32,000 nucleotides of DNA from Sinorhizobium meliloti. GTDB lineage: Bacteria > Pseudomonadota > Alphaproteobacteria > Rhizobiales > Rhizobiaceae. Position numbers and translations under genes: made by a program. Positions 24,296 to 32,000 of this stretch are shown here, piece after piece. Positions within the stretch are counted from its first letter, which is position 1. The number at the start of each line of letters is the position of its first letter. The stretch covers positions 1,440,001 to 1,472,000 of the forward strand of contig NZ_JAGIOS010000002.1 in NCBI RefSeq assembly GCF_017876815.1, in the 5' to 3' direction. The notes under the pieces were generated by a model that was given only the letters and a program-made list of their open reading frames with translations, searched no databases and was not told the DNA's origin.

Positions 24296-24844
24296 ATGGC
24301 TGATTCCGACAATAGCAGAACTTTGTCTACGGTCACCCGGGGAGATTTCTATTCCTTCGCGGCGGCGTCATTACCCACATCTCAAGAGCTTGCCAGGGCG
24401 ACGCGCCTACCTTCGGATGCGTGCAATGACGATCCCGCGCTCGTGGTCTGCAAACAGTGGTGCAACGCCCGGGAACATCTGAGCGCGCCACGTTTGCGCC
24501 AGCAGCGGCACGAAAGCTCGCTCTTTTCGGCTGTTTTGCCCGCACCGCTTGAGCAATCCGCGGGTTTGCGAGCTTACGAAAAGGCGCTCGAAGCTGAAGA
24601 TCGTGCATCCGCCGCGGAGGACCAGGCCGCGGAAGCCCTATGGCGGACACCAGCGCGATCGGCTGCAGGCGCAACGGCCAAGCTCCACGCCCTCGGCACG
24701 AAGTGGCAACCATCTTCCACAAGCGAAGAAGAACCCTGGCCACAAATCCGCTCCGTCATCGCCGACCTCCTGAAGATCGACACCGGCTCTGTTGCGAGCC
24801 GCCTGTCTATGCCCGAACGCCAATCCGAGCTTCAAGGCGATTGA
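24296..24844 (+). CDS. hypothetical protein (182 aa), divergent from the XRE gene
   Basis: ATG 9 nt after AAGGAG. Ala/Glu-rich and predicted soluble. I recognise no family. The antisense ORF 24333-24743 is rejected as Arg/Pro-rich. Confidence 0.55.
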   Translation: MADSDNSRTLSTVTRGDFYSFAAASLPTSQELARATRLPSDACNDDPALVVCKQWCNAREHLSAPRLRQQRHESSLFSAVLPAPLEQSAGLRAYEKALEAEDRASAAEDQAAEALWRTPARSAAGATAKLHALGTKWQPSSTSEEEPWPQIRSVIADLLKIDTGSVASRLSMPERQSELQGD

Positions 24845-25007
24845 ATGGGAATGGTTCACCAGGACACGTGATCCCCGGCGCGCCGCCGACCTGACAAGCT
24901 ATGCGCACCGCGCCTTTGCATGCATTTCGCCGTGGGAGCACCGCGTTCGGGAACTGCTTCCAATGCGGCGTTCCGACTCTACCAAAAACTAAAACAAGGA
25001 ACTTCAA

Positions 25008-26603
25008 ATGAAACTGGGAAGCCCATTTCGGCCACGCCTGCTTTCCGCGCTTCTGATCTCCATCTTCCTCGGAAGTGCTCCGGCGACGCCGGCGCAAGAA
25101 CGCGGAGAGCTTCGGATCGCTACATCCTACAAGCTGATGACGCTGGATCCGCAATATGCCAATCTCAACGAGAACACCTCACTGCTCTCCCATATTTACG
25201 AGCGGCTCGTCTACCAGGACGAGAATCTCGAATTGAAGCCTGGGCTCGCCACCTCCTGGCGGCCACTGTCCGACACGCAATGGGCGTTCAAGCTCCGTGA
25301 CAAGGTCCGCTTCCATGACGGCTCGGCCTTTGACGCCGATGATGTCGTCTACACGATCGAGCGCATCCGGGACTTCCTCAAACCGCCGAGCGGCGGCTTT
25401 CGCTCCTATGTCAGCGGCATCAAGTCGGTCTCGGCACCCGATCCTCTCACAGTGCTGATCGAAACCGACGGCGCGGTCCCCAATCTGCCACTCTTCTTCT
25501 CCTCCCTCTTCGTGATGAACCGGCCCTCTGAGGGGGTCGAGACGACCGAGGACCTCAACGCGGGGCATCCGCCCAACGGCACTGGACCCTACCGGTTCGA
25601 GAGCTGGAGTTCCGGCGAGAGCCTGAGACTGGCCCGGAACGACGACTACTGGGGCGGCAAACCTGCCTGGTCCAAGGTTACCTTCCGGGTGATCGAGAAC
25701 CCGGCAGCGCGCGTGGCGGCGCTCAGCACGGGAGAGGTCGATGTGGCCGACGCGATCCCGGCCCGCGACGTTGCCTCCTTGAAGGAGCGCGGCGCCAGGG
25801 TCGCGAGCGTCGGTGCTGCACGTGTCAACTTCGTACAGTTCGACGTCGCGCGAGACACGCTTCCGGGAGTGACTGACAAGTCGGGCGAGCCGATCGCCAA
25901 TCCGTTCAAGAACCCGCTCGTGCGCCGAGCGCTTACGCTGGCGACTGACCGGGGCATTCTCGTCGACAAGATTCTCGCCGGTTATGGCACGGCCGCCGCT
26001 CAGGTCTTTCCGAATGGTCTGCCGGGCACCTCGGCGAAATTGCTGCCTGAGGCTCCAAACTATGACGAAGCAAAGATGCTTCTCGCGAAGGCCGGTTTCC
26101 CGGACGGCTTCAACCTTGTTCTTGCCGGGCCGGCGGGCCGTTACCCCGGTGACGCCGAAAGCCTTCAGGCAGTCGCCCAGAGCTGGGCCCGCATCGGCGT
26201 CAATGCTCAACCAGCGGCCGCGCCTTTCTCGGTATTCAACACCAAGCGGGCGGCAGGGGATTACGGCGTCTGGTACGGCGGCACCTCCGGCGAGGCGGTC
26301 GACATCATTCTCCATACTCTGCTGGCATCCCCGGACCCAGAGCGCGGGACCGGTGCGTTGAACTTCGGGAAGTATCGCAACGAGGCCTTCGACGCGATGC
26401 TCGCAAGGGCGGAAAGCATTGCGGTAGGGCCGGAGCGCAATGCGGCACTCGCGCAGGCGACGGAACTCGTGATGGCCGACCAGCCGATCATACCGCTCTA
26501 CCATTTCCATCACATCGTCGGTTACGGCTCGCGGATCGGCTCCTATGTCCTGCACCCCCGCGGCTGGACGACCGCGATGCAGACGCTTCCGGCGATGGAG
26601 TAA
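25008..26603 (+). CDS. ABC transporter substrate-binding protein, family 5 (peptide/nickel, DppA/OppA-like)
   Basis: 531 aa with ATG after AAGGAA and signal peptide ...LGSAPATPAQE. Typical family-5 blocks: LATSWRPLSDTQWAFKLRDKVRFHDGSAFDADDVVYT, YRFESWSSGESLRLARNDDYWGGKP, NFVQFD. Confidence 0.9.
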   Translation: MKLGSPFRPRLLSALLISIFLGSAPATPAQERGELRIATSYKLMTLDPQYANLNENTSLLSHIYERLVYQDENLELKPGLATSWRPLSDTQWAFKLRDKVRFHDGSAFDADDVVYTIERIRDFLKPPSGGFRSYVSGIKSVSAPDPLTVLIETDGAVPNLPLFFSSLFVMNRPSEGVETTEDLNAGHPPNGTGPYRFESWSSGESLRLARNDDYWGGKPAWSKVTFRVIENPAARVAALSTGEVDVADAIPARDVASLKERGARVASVGAARVNFVQFDVARDTLPGVTDKSGEPIANPFKNPLVRRALTLATDRGILVDKILAGYGTAAAQVFPNGLPGTSAKLLPEAPNYDEAKMLLAKAGFPDGFNLVLAGPAGRYPGDAESLQAVAQSWARIGVNAQPAAAPFSVFNTKRAAGDYGVWYGGTSGEAVDIILHTLLASPDPERGTGALNFGKYRNEAFDAMLARAESIAVGPERNAALAQATELVMADQPIIPLYHFHHIVGYGSRIGSYVLHPRGWTTAMQTLPAME

Positions 26604-26609
26604 GCGGTC

Positions 26610-27587
26610 ATGGGCATGATCTCGGTTGCATTGGGAAGGCTGGGCCAAGCCTTCCTGCTCCTCATCGCCATGTCGTTGATCGGCTTTATCGGCATCCACA
26701 GCGTCGGCAATCCGGTCTTCAACGTCGTCAACATCGAAACAGCTACGCCCGAGGATATTCACGCCGCAACGATCGCGCTCGGTCTTGATCAGCCGATCTG
26801 GCGCCAATACCTCGCATTCATCGGCAATGTCGTCAGCGGCAACTTCGGCACCTCCTACATCTATCATCTGCCCGCCTTCGAGTTGGTGATGAGCAAACTG
26901 CCGGCAACGCTTGAGCTCGCCTCCATCGCGATGCTGATCGCCGCACCGCTCGGGACGGGACTCGGACTCCTGGCCGGCCGACGCAGCGGCACGCTGTTCG
27001 ACAGAACCCTGGTCAAGGCGAGCGTGTCGGCGCTGAGCATCCCTTCCTTCTGGCTGGCGATGATGCTGATCCTCGTCGGCGCTATCCTGACCGGCTGGCT
27101 CCCGTCCGGTGGTCGCGGCTCGACTGCGAGCTTCCTGGGTCAGGAATGGAGTTTTCTGACTGCAAATGGATTATGGCACCTCGTGCTTCCGGCCTTGGCG
27201 CTGGCGATACCGAACATCGCTCTGATTGCCCGTCTATCGCGATCGGGGACAATCGAAGTCGAGAACCTGGATTTCACAAGGTTTTGCCGCGCCAAGGGGC
27301 TTTCCGCGCGAAGGATCCTGTTCCGCCACACCCTTCCGAACATCAGCGTACCGATCGTGACGATCATCGGACTGCAGTTCGGCGGCATGCTCGCCTTTGC
27401 CGTGGTGGTGGAAACGATCTTTTCGTGGCCGGGCGTCGGCAAGCTTCTGATCGACTCCATCCAGCTCCTCGACCGGCCAGTGGTGATGGCGACGCTGACC
27501 GTCATTGCCGTCGCCTTCGTCGCGCTGAATGCCCTCGTCGACTTGTTCTATGCCGTGCTCGACCCGCGCGTGCGCCTGTCTTCATGA
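26610..27587 (+). CDS. ABC transporter permease (DppB/OppB-like)
   Basis: 325 aa and polytopic, with an EAA-type loop (ARLSRSGTIEVENLDFTRFCRAKGLS) and a C-terminal DLFYAVLDPRVRL typical of DppB-type permeases. Confidence 0.9.
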   Translation: MGMISVALGRLGQAFLLLIAMSLIGFIGIHSVGNPVFNVVNIETATPEDIHAATIALGLDQPIWRQYLAFIGNVVSGNFGTSYIYHLPAFELVMSKLPATLELASIAMLIAAPLGTGLGLLAGRRSGTLFDRTLVKASVSALSIPSFWLAMMLILVGAILTGWLPSGGRGSTASFLGQEWSFLTANGLWHLVLPALALAIPNIALIARLSRSGTIEVENLDFTRFCRAKGLSARRILFRHTLPNISVPIVTIIGLQFGGMLAFAVVVETIFSWPGVGKLLIDSIQLLDRPVVMATLTVIAVAFVALNALVDLFYAVLDPRVRLSS

Positions 27588-27600
27588 AAGGTGACCCGTC

Positions 27601-28476
27601 ATGAAAGCCCAAATCGTAAGCGCGCTTAAGAGGCGCCGACACGGACCGGTGCTGACCGCGTCAAAGCTGCTGCTGGCAGGCTACATCCTGGTTGCCATCG
27701 CTGCACCCTTGATCGCGCCGCAAAACCCCTATGACCCGCTGCAGATCTACGGCTGGGAGGCGTCCTCGCCACCCGGTACACGTGGCAGCGGCGGCTATCT
27801 CTACCTGCTTGGAACCGACGGTCTCGGCCGAGACATCGTCAGCACCATTCTCTACGGCCTGCGCATCAGCCTGGTGGTGTCGATCGTCAGTAGCGCGCTC
27901 GCCGCGCTGATCGGGCTGACCGCCGGCGTCAGTGCCGCGTATTTCGGGAAATGGGTCGACATCGCGATCATGCGGCTGGTCGACTTGCAGCTCAGCCTGC
28001 CGACGATCCTGATTGCGCTCATCGCCATCGTCACGCTCGGGCCGGGCATAGACCGGATCATCCTGGCGTTGATCATCGCGCAATGGGCGACCTATGCCCG
28101 GATCGCCCGCGGCGTCGCACTCAGCGAAGCGAACAAGCCTTACATGGATGCGGCCCGCTTGATGCGACTACCAACGTCCCGGATCATCTTCCGCCACCTG
28201 CTTCCGAACAGCATCGCGCCCGCCGTCACCTTGATACCGATCGAGGTCGGCCATGCCGTCGCACTCGAGGCGACCCTCTCCTTTCTTGGGCTGGGCGTCC
28301 CGATCGACAAGCCCTCGCTCGGCTCAGCGGTCGCAAACGGGTTCCAGTACCTCCTGACCGGCCAGTACTGGATCAGCCTGTTCCCGGGCCTCGCCCTCTT
28401 CGGCCTGATCGCCAGCATCAATCTCGTCGGCGAAGACGTTCGCCGCAGCCTCGATCCAAGGAACCATTCGCGATGA
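27601..28476 (+). CDS. ABC transporter permease (DppC/OppC-like)
   Basis: 291 aa with ATG after AAAGGTGA. LGTDGLGRDIVSTILYGLRISL and YMDAARLMRLPTSRIIFRHLLPN are DppC-type motifs. ATGA overlap with the next gene. Confidence 0.9.
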   Translation: MKAQIVSALKRRRHGPVLTASKLLLAGYILVAIAAPLIAPQNPYDPLQIYGWEASSPPGTRGSGGYLYLLGTDGLGRDIVSTILYGLRISLVVSIVSSALAALIGLTAGVSAAYFGKWVDIAIMRLVDLQLSLPTILIALIAIVTLGPGIDRIILALIIAQWATYARIARGVALSEANKPYMDAARLMRLPTSRIIFRHLLPNSIAPAVTLIPIEVGHAVALEATLSFLGLGVPIDKPSLGSAVANGFQYLLTGQYWISLFPGLALFGLIASINLVGEDVRRSLDPRNHSR

Positions 28477-30146
28477 CCGTGGAACACGTGACGACACCCC
28501 TGCTACGGGTTGAGAACCTTGGCCTTCGCCATGTCTCGGGCTCAGCCACAACGCCAATCCTGTCCGACGTGAGTTTCGAACTCGGGCGCGGCGAGATCCT
28601 CGGCATCATCGGCGAGTCCGGCGCCGGCAAGTCGACTGTCGGCAATGCCATCCTCGGGCTGCTTTCGCCTGAGTTCCAGCAGACCTCCGGAACGATCGAG
28701 TTCGATGGCAAGGCGATCGACGGGATGACTGCCTACGAGCGCCAGACGCTTCGAGGACGGCGGATATCGGCGATCTTCCAGGACCACACCGCCTCGCTCG
28801 ATCCGCTGATGAGCGTCGGCGCCCAAGTCGAAGAAACCTGCCTTGCGCTCGACAGCTCGCTTTCCAAGCGCGAGGCGCGTGCCCGCGCGATTGATCTGCT
28901 TGCCCGCGTCGGCATTCCCGAACCGGAGCGGCGATACCGCAACTACCCGCACCAGTTCTCCGGCGGGCAGAGGCAACGCGTCGTCATCGCCATTGCGCTT
29001 GCCGGCTCTCCCGACATCATCATCGCCGACGAGCCGACCTCGGCGCTCGATGCCACGGTTCAGAAGCAGGTTCTGGAACTTCTAAAAATCCTTGTCGACG
29101 AAACCGGTGTCTCGATCATCCTCGTCACCCACGACATGGGCGTGATCTCCGAAATCACCAACCGGGTTCTCGTCATGCGAAAGGGCCAGGTAGTCGAAGC
29201 AGATCACACTGCGGTCATCCTCGATCAGCCCCGCCACGACTACACGAAGAAGCTGCTCGCCGCTGTCCCAAGGCTTCGGATCCCGACAGGCACTGCCAAC
29301 ACGGAAGACAACGGCCGCCAGGCGAACTCTCCCGCCACAGACGGCGACCAGAACCCGCTTCTCATCGCCGAAGGGGTTTCGAAACAGTTCGCGCCGCAGG
29401 ATTTTGCCTGGGGCGTCGGACGGGGCAAGCCGAGATTCGGCCTGCGCGACGTCGGTATTCGCCTGGCGCGCGGGTCGATCACCGGGATCGTCGGCGAGAG
29501 CGGCAGTGGAAAGACGACGTTCGGCCGCATCCTCGCGGGCCTCGACAAGGCGCCGACCGGCCGGATCACGATCGGGGAACACGCCTTCGACGTTTCGCGA
29601 AGCGGCCGCCGCAGCGGTCTTCTCGGCCGCGTCCAGATGATCTTCCAGGATCCATCCGTCTCGCTCAACCCCCGAATGACCATCGGCGAGACGCTCGACG
29701 AAAGCATTCGCTTCGGCGCAAGGACCGGCTCCAGCAAAGAGCCGGCGGACCTGGCTGCAATGATGGATCGGCTTGGTCTTCCGCGAAGCTTGCTCGGCCG
29801 CCATCCGCATCAGCTCTCCGGTGGCCAAAAGCAGCGTGTCTGTATCGCTCGCGCCCTGTTGGCACGGCCTGAGATCATCGTCGCGGACGAGCCGACGTCC
29901 GCGCTCGACGTCTCGGTTCAGGCCGAGATCGTCCAACTCCTGAAGGACACGATCGCGGAGCGAGCGATGACGATGGTCTTCATCTCCCATGACCTCGCGA
30001 TCGTTCAAGCGATGTGCAGCTCCGTCTACATCTTCAAGGACGGCCGGATCGAGGATTTCGGGCCCACCGAGTTCATCTTCTCGCGATCCGACAATCCCTA
30101 CACCCGCGCCCTCATCAACGCCCGCCCGCAGCGGTTCACATGCTGA
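28473..30146 (+). CDS. fused double ATP-binding protein of the peptide ABC transporter (DppD-DppF-like)
   Basis: Start re-set to the ATG at 28473 ([16 protein letters not shown]...); the track start at 27951 lies inside the permease gene. Two Walker A motifs ([18 protein letters not shown]) and two signatures ([16 protein letters not shown]). Confidence 0.9.
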   Translation: MTVEHVTTPLLRVENLGLRHVSGSATTPILSDVSFELGRGEILGIIGESGAGKSTVGNAILGLLSPEFQQTSGTIEFDGKAIDGMTAYERQTLRGRRISAIFQDHTASLDPLMSVGAQVEETCLALDSSLSKREARARAIDLLARVGIPEPERRYRNYPHQFSGGQRQRVVIAIALAGSPDIIIADEPTSALDATVQKQVLELLKILVDETGVSIILVTHDMGVISEITNRVLVMRKGQVVEADHTAVILDQPRHDYTKKLLAAVPRLRIPTGTANTEDNGRQANSPATDGDQNPLLIAEGVSKQFAPQDFAWGVGRGKPRFGLRDVGIRLARGSITGIVGESGSGKTTFGRILAGLDKAPTGRITIGEHAFDVSRSGRRSGLLGRVQMIFQDPSVSLNPRMTIGETLDESIRFGARTGSSKEPADLAAMMDRLGLPRSLLGRHPHQLSGGQKQRVCIARALLARPEIIVADEPTSALDVSVQAEIVQLLKDTIAERAMTMVFISHDLAIVQAMCSSVYIFKDGRIEDFGPTEFIFSRSDNPYTRALINARPQRFTC

Positions 30147-30178
30147 GCGGCGCGGCATTGCCACAGAAGGTCACCTCA

Positions 30179-31414
30179 ATGAATGACAGGTTCACATTGG
30201 CCGTAACCGGCCAATCTCTCATCAAGCACGATATCCGCGACATTCCTGCTCCTGCCTTCGGTGAGGTTCAGTCCCTCCTTCGCCAGGCGGATCTCTCATT
30301 CACCAACTTCGAGGGAACGATCCTTGGGCGTCACGGCGGGTGGCCGCTCAAAGGTTCGTTCTTCGGCTGCAGCGATCCGGTCGTTCTCGACACCCTCCGG
30401 GCGATAGGGTTTCGGGCCCTTTCGCTCTCGAACAACCATGCTTTCGACCTCGGCCCGTCCGGCGTGCTTTCGACGCTCGAGGAAGTGGAGAAGCGAGGCT
30501 TCCTGCATGCCGGCCTCGGCCGCGATCAAGCGCAAGTCTCGCGGGCGAGCACCGCAACGATCGGCGGGCGGCGGGTCGCGATCGTCGCGATGGACGGAGG
30601 CCCCGGTCCGGATTTTATGTATGCTGCCGATGGCGACGACGACCGACCAGCACGCCCGGGCGTCAACCGGCTGCGGTTATCCCAGGCCATCGAGGTCGAT
30701 GAGACTGCGTTCGATCAAATCCGAGCGATCCGGGATAGGGTCGGCTACACGGCCATCGATCTTGCCAATGACAGCCAGCCGGACGATCCGCGGCACCCTG
30801 CCCCGGATACCGAGATCGGCATCGCGCGGGCGGTCTTCAGGCGATCGGAGCGGTTTGGACGAACCGTCAGAATAGATGAGGCCGATCTCGCGCGAAACCT
30901 CTCTGCGATCGCGGCTGCAGCCAAGGATGGATCTCTGGTGGTCGCTTATCTGCACCATCATCATTGGGCATCCGACTGGTACCAGGTTCCCGACTGGGTG
31001 AGCGGCGTTGCCAGAGAGTGCATCGATGCTGGTGCGACCATGTTCGTCAGCCACGGTGCGCCCGTTCTCCAGCCGATCGAGATCTATCGGGGGCGGCCGA
31101 TCTTCTACAGCCTGGGGAATTTCATTTTCCATGTGCGTTCGGAGAAGTCGACCTGGACGGCACCCGAAGTCTGGGAGAGCGTCGTCGGGGTCTGCTCGTT
31201 CGGCGAGGACAATCGACTTATCGAGATCACGCTCTATCCCGTCGTCATCGGTGGCGACGAGGCATTGGCGGACAGGGTGCTGGAACGACGCCTGGCGCCA
31301 CATCTTGCGACCGGGGAAAGTGCCGCGCGCATCCTGCGGCGGTGTTCAGAACAATCGGCCAGGCTCGGCGTCGACATCGAGCTTTGCGGCGATGTCGGTG
31401 TCATCAGGCTTTAG
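30179..31414 (+). CDS. CapA family protein (PGA_cap metallophosphatase-like), apparently cytoplasmic
   Basis: MNDRFTLAVTGQSL...ADLSFTNFEG...SLSNNHAFD...HHHHW...VSHGAPVLQPIEIYRGRPIFYSLGNFIF matches CapA/PGA_cap motifs. No signal peptide or TM helix. An alternative start at 30140 overlaps the ATPase stop. Confidence 0.8.
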   Translation: MNDRFTLAVTGQSLIKHDIRDIPAPAFGEVQSLLRQADLSFTNFEGTILGRHGGWPLKGSFFGCSDPVVLDTLRAIGFRALSLSNNHAFDLGPSGVLSTLEEVEKRGFLHAGLGRDQAQVSRASTATIGGRRVAIVAMDGGPGPDFMYAADGDDDRPARPGVNRLRLSQAIEVDETAFDQIRAIRDRVGYTAIDLANDSQPDDPRHPAPDTEIGIARAVFRRSERFGRTVRIDEADLARNLSAIAAAAKDGSLVVAYLHHHHWASDWYQVPDWVSGVARECIDAGATMFVSHGAPVLQPIEIYRGRPIFYSLGNFIFHVRSEKSTWTAPEVWESVVGVCSFGEDNRLIEITLYPVVIGGDEALADRVLERRLAPHLATGESAARILRRCSEQSARLGVDIELCGDVGVIRL

Positions 31415-31544
31415 CCTGCAGCGCCTCATACCAAGGAGCTCACTATTTCCTCCACCGCGACAGCGGGAAGCGACAGTGAGCCCGCCCCTTTCAGCTAAAA
31501 ACGCGACCGACACGCGTCGCATCTTCTGCATGAGGATGAAGTGC

Positions 31545-32000
31545 ATGAGAGTTCGGGAAGAACTTGTCAGCCGGTTTTTTCGCTATGCCGCGATCGAGAG
31601 CCAAAGCAACGGCCGCTCGCAGTCCCTGCCGTCCTCGCCGGGACAGGCGGCACTTGCCGCCCTGCTTGCCGACGAGATGCGCGCCATCGGCCTGGAGGAC
31701 GTCTTCACCGACGGGCATGCCATCGTGACGGGAATAAAACGTGGCAACAGGCCTGCAGCACCACCGATCGGCTTCATCGCGCATCTCGACACGGTCGATG
31801 TCGGCCTCTCGCCCGTCGTCCGCCCGCAAGTCCTCCGCTTCGAAGGCGAGGACCTTTGCATCAACCGTCAAGAGGACATCTGGCTACGGGTCGCCGAACA
31901 TCCGGAGATTCTGGATTGGGTCGGGGAAGACATCATCGTCGGCGACGGCACCAGCGTGCTCGGTGCGGACAACAAGGCCGCCATCGCGGTGATCATGACG
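31545..32000 (+). CDS. pepT: peptidase T (tripeptide aminopeptidase, M20B), 5' part; runs off the window
   Basis: Absent from the ORF track because no stop occurs in the window. MRVREELVSRFFRYAAIESQS...IGFIAHLDTVD...GDGTSVLGADNKAAIAVIMT parallels E. coli PepT (LLERFLNYVSLDTQS, IGFISHVDT, LGADDKAGIAEIMT). Confidence 0.85.
   Translation, partial: MRVREELVSRFFRYAAIESQSNGRSQSLPSSPGQAALAALLADEMRAIGLEDVFTDGHAIVTGIKRGNRPAAPPIGFIAHLDTVDVGLSPVVRPQVLRFEGEDLCINRQEDIWLRVAEHPEILDWVGEDIIVGDGTSVLGADNKAAIAVIMT

Noticed and set aside
25179-26867. 562-aa reverse-strand ORF.
   Set aside because: It is antisense to the substrate-binding-protein and permease genes, and its composition is extremely Arg/Asp/Gly-rich.
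27951-28472. Upstream 174 codons of the ATPase ORF in the track.
   Set aside because: They lie inside the DppC-like permease gene in another frame and are Arg/Pro-rich. The ATG at 28473 gives an ATGA overlap and a normal ABC ATPase N-terminus.
29082-31303. Reverse-strand ORFs 29082-30164 (360 aa) and 30677-31303 (208 aa).
   Set aside because: They are antisense to the ATPase and CapA-family genes and have shadow-frame composition.
1-32000. I looked for CRISPR arrays, rRNA, intact IS elements or transposases, integrases, reverse transcriptases and toxin-antitoxin pairs.
   Set aside because: No regularly spaced short direct repeats are present, and there are no rRNA-like stretches. No DDE transposase, tyrosine recombinase or RT motifs appear in any frame that I read. 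Only the eroded phage and tRNA-like traces reported above were found.

Overview
High-GC DNA that looks Rhizobiaceae-like and is probably plasmid or chromid accessory sequence; this is an inference from gene content and codon style, with no database search.

Left to right:
1. 1-530 (-): the 5' part of an RTX calcium-binding repeat protein gene. It runs off the window edge.
2. 6582 down to 1546 (-): a tightly packed four-gene cassette of MBOAT, a DltD/SGNH-like membrane protein, a carrier protein and an FkbH-like HAD-IIIC enzyme. It follows Dlt pathway logic but has a glyceryl-type loader where the DltA ligase would be. This is my top candidate for an undescribed system.
3. 6963-8160: a VOC-family gene, then a decayed kpsC/kpsS-type capsule pseudogene.
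4. 8406-17402: an AI-2 Lsr locus. lsrA-C-D-B plus a truncated class II aldolase gene sit on the - strand, and lsrR-lsrK-lsrG on the + strand. No lsrF is present in the window.
5. 17.4-23.9 kb: a decay zone. It holds two tRNA-3'-half-like direct repeats, terminase small and large subunit remnants, two small membrane ORFs below the 60-aa ORF-track cut-off, three tandem genes for secreted Gly/Ser/Thr-rich low-complexity proteins (one with in-frame 102-bp repeats), and a GNAT fragment.
6. 23939-24844: an XRE regulator with a divergent hypothetical gene and an inverted repeat between them.
7. 25008-32000: a Dpp/Opp-type peptide ABC importer, then a CapA-family gene and pepT, which runs off the window.

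I saw no rRNA, intact tRNA, CRISPR array or intact IS element. Many long ORFs in the track are antisense or out-of-frame shadows of real genes, as expected in high-GC DNA. Several listed ORFs also start too far upstream, and I re-set those starts.
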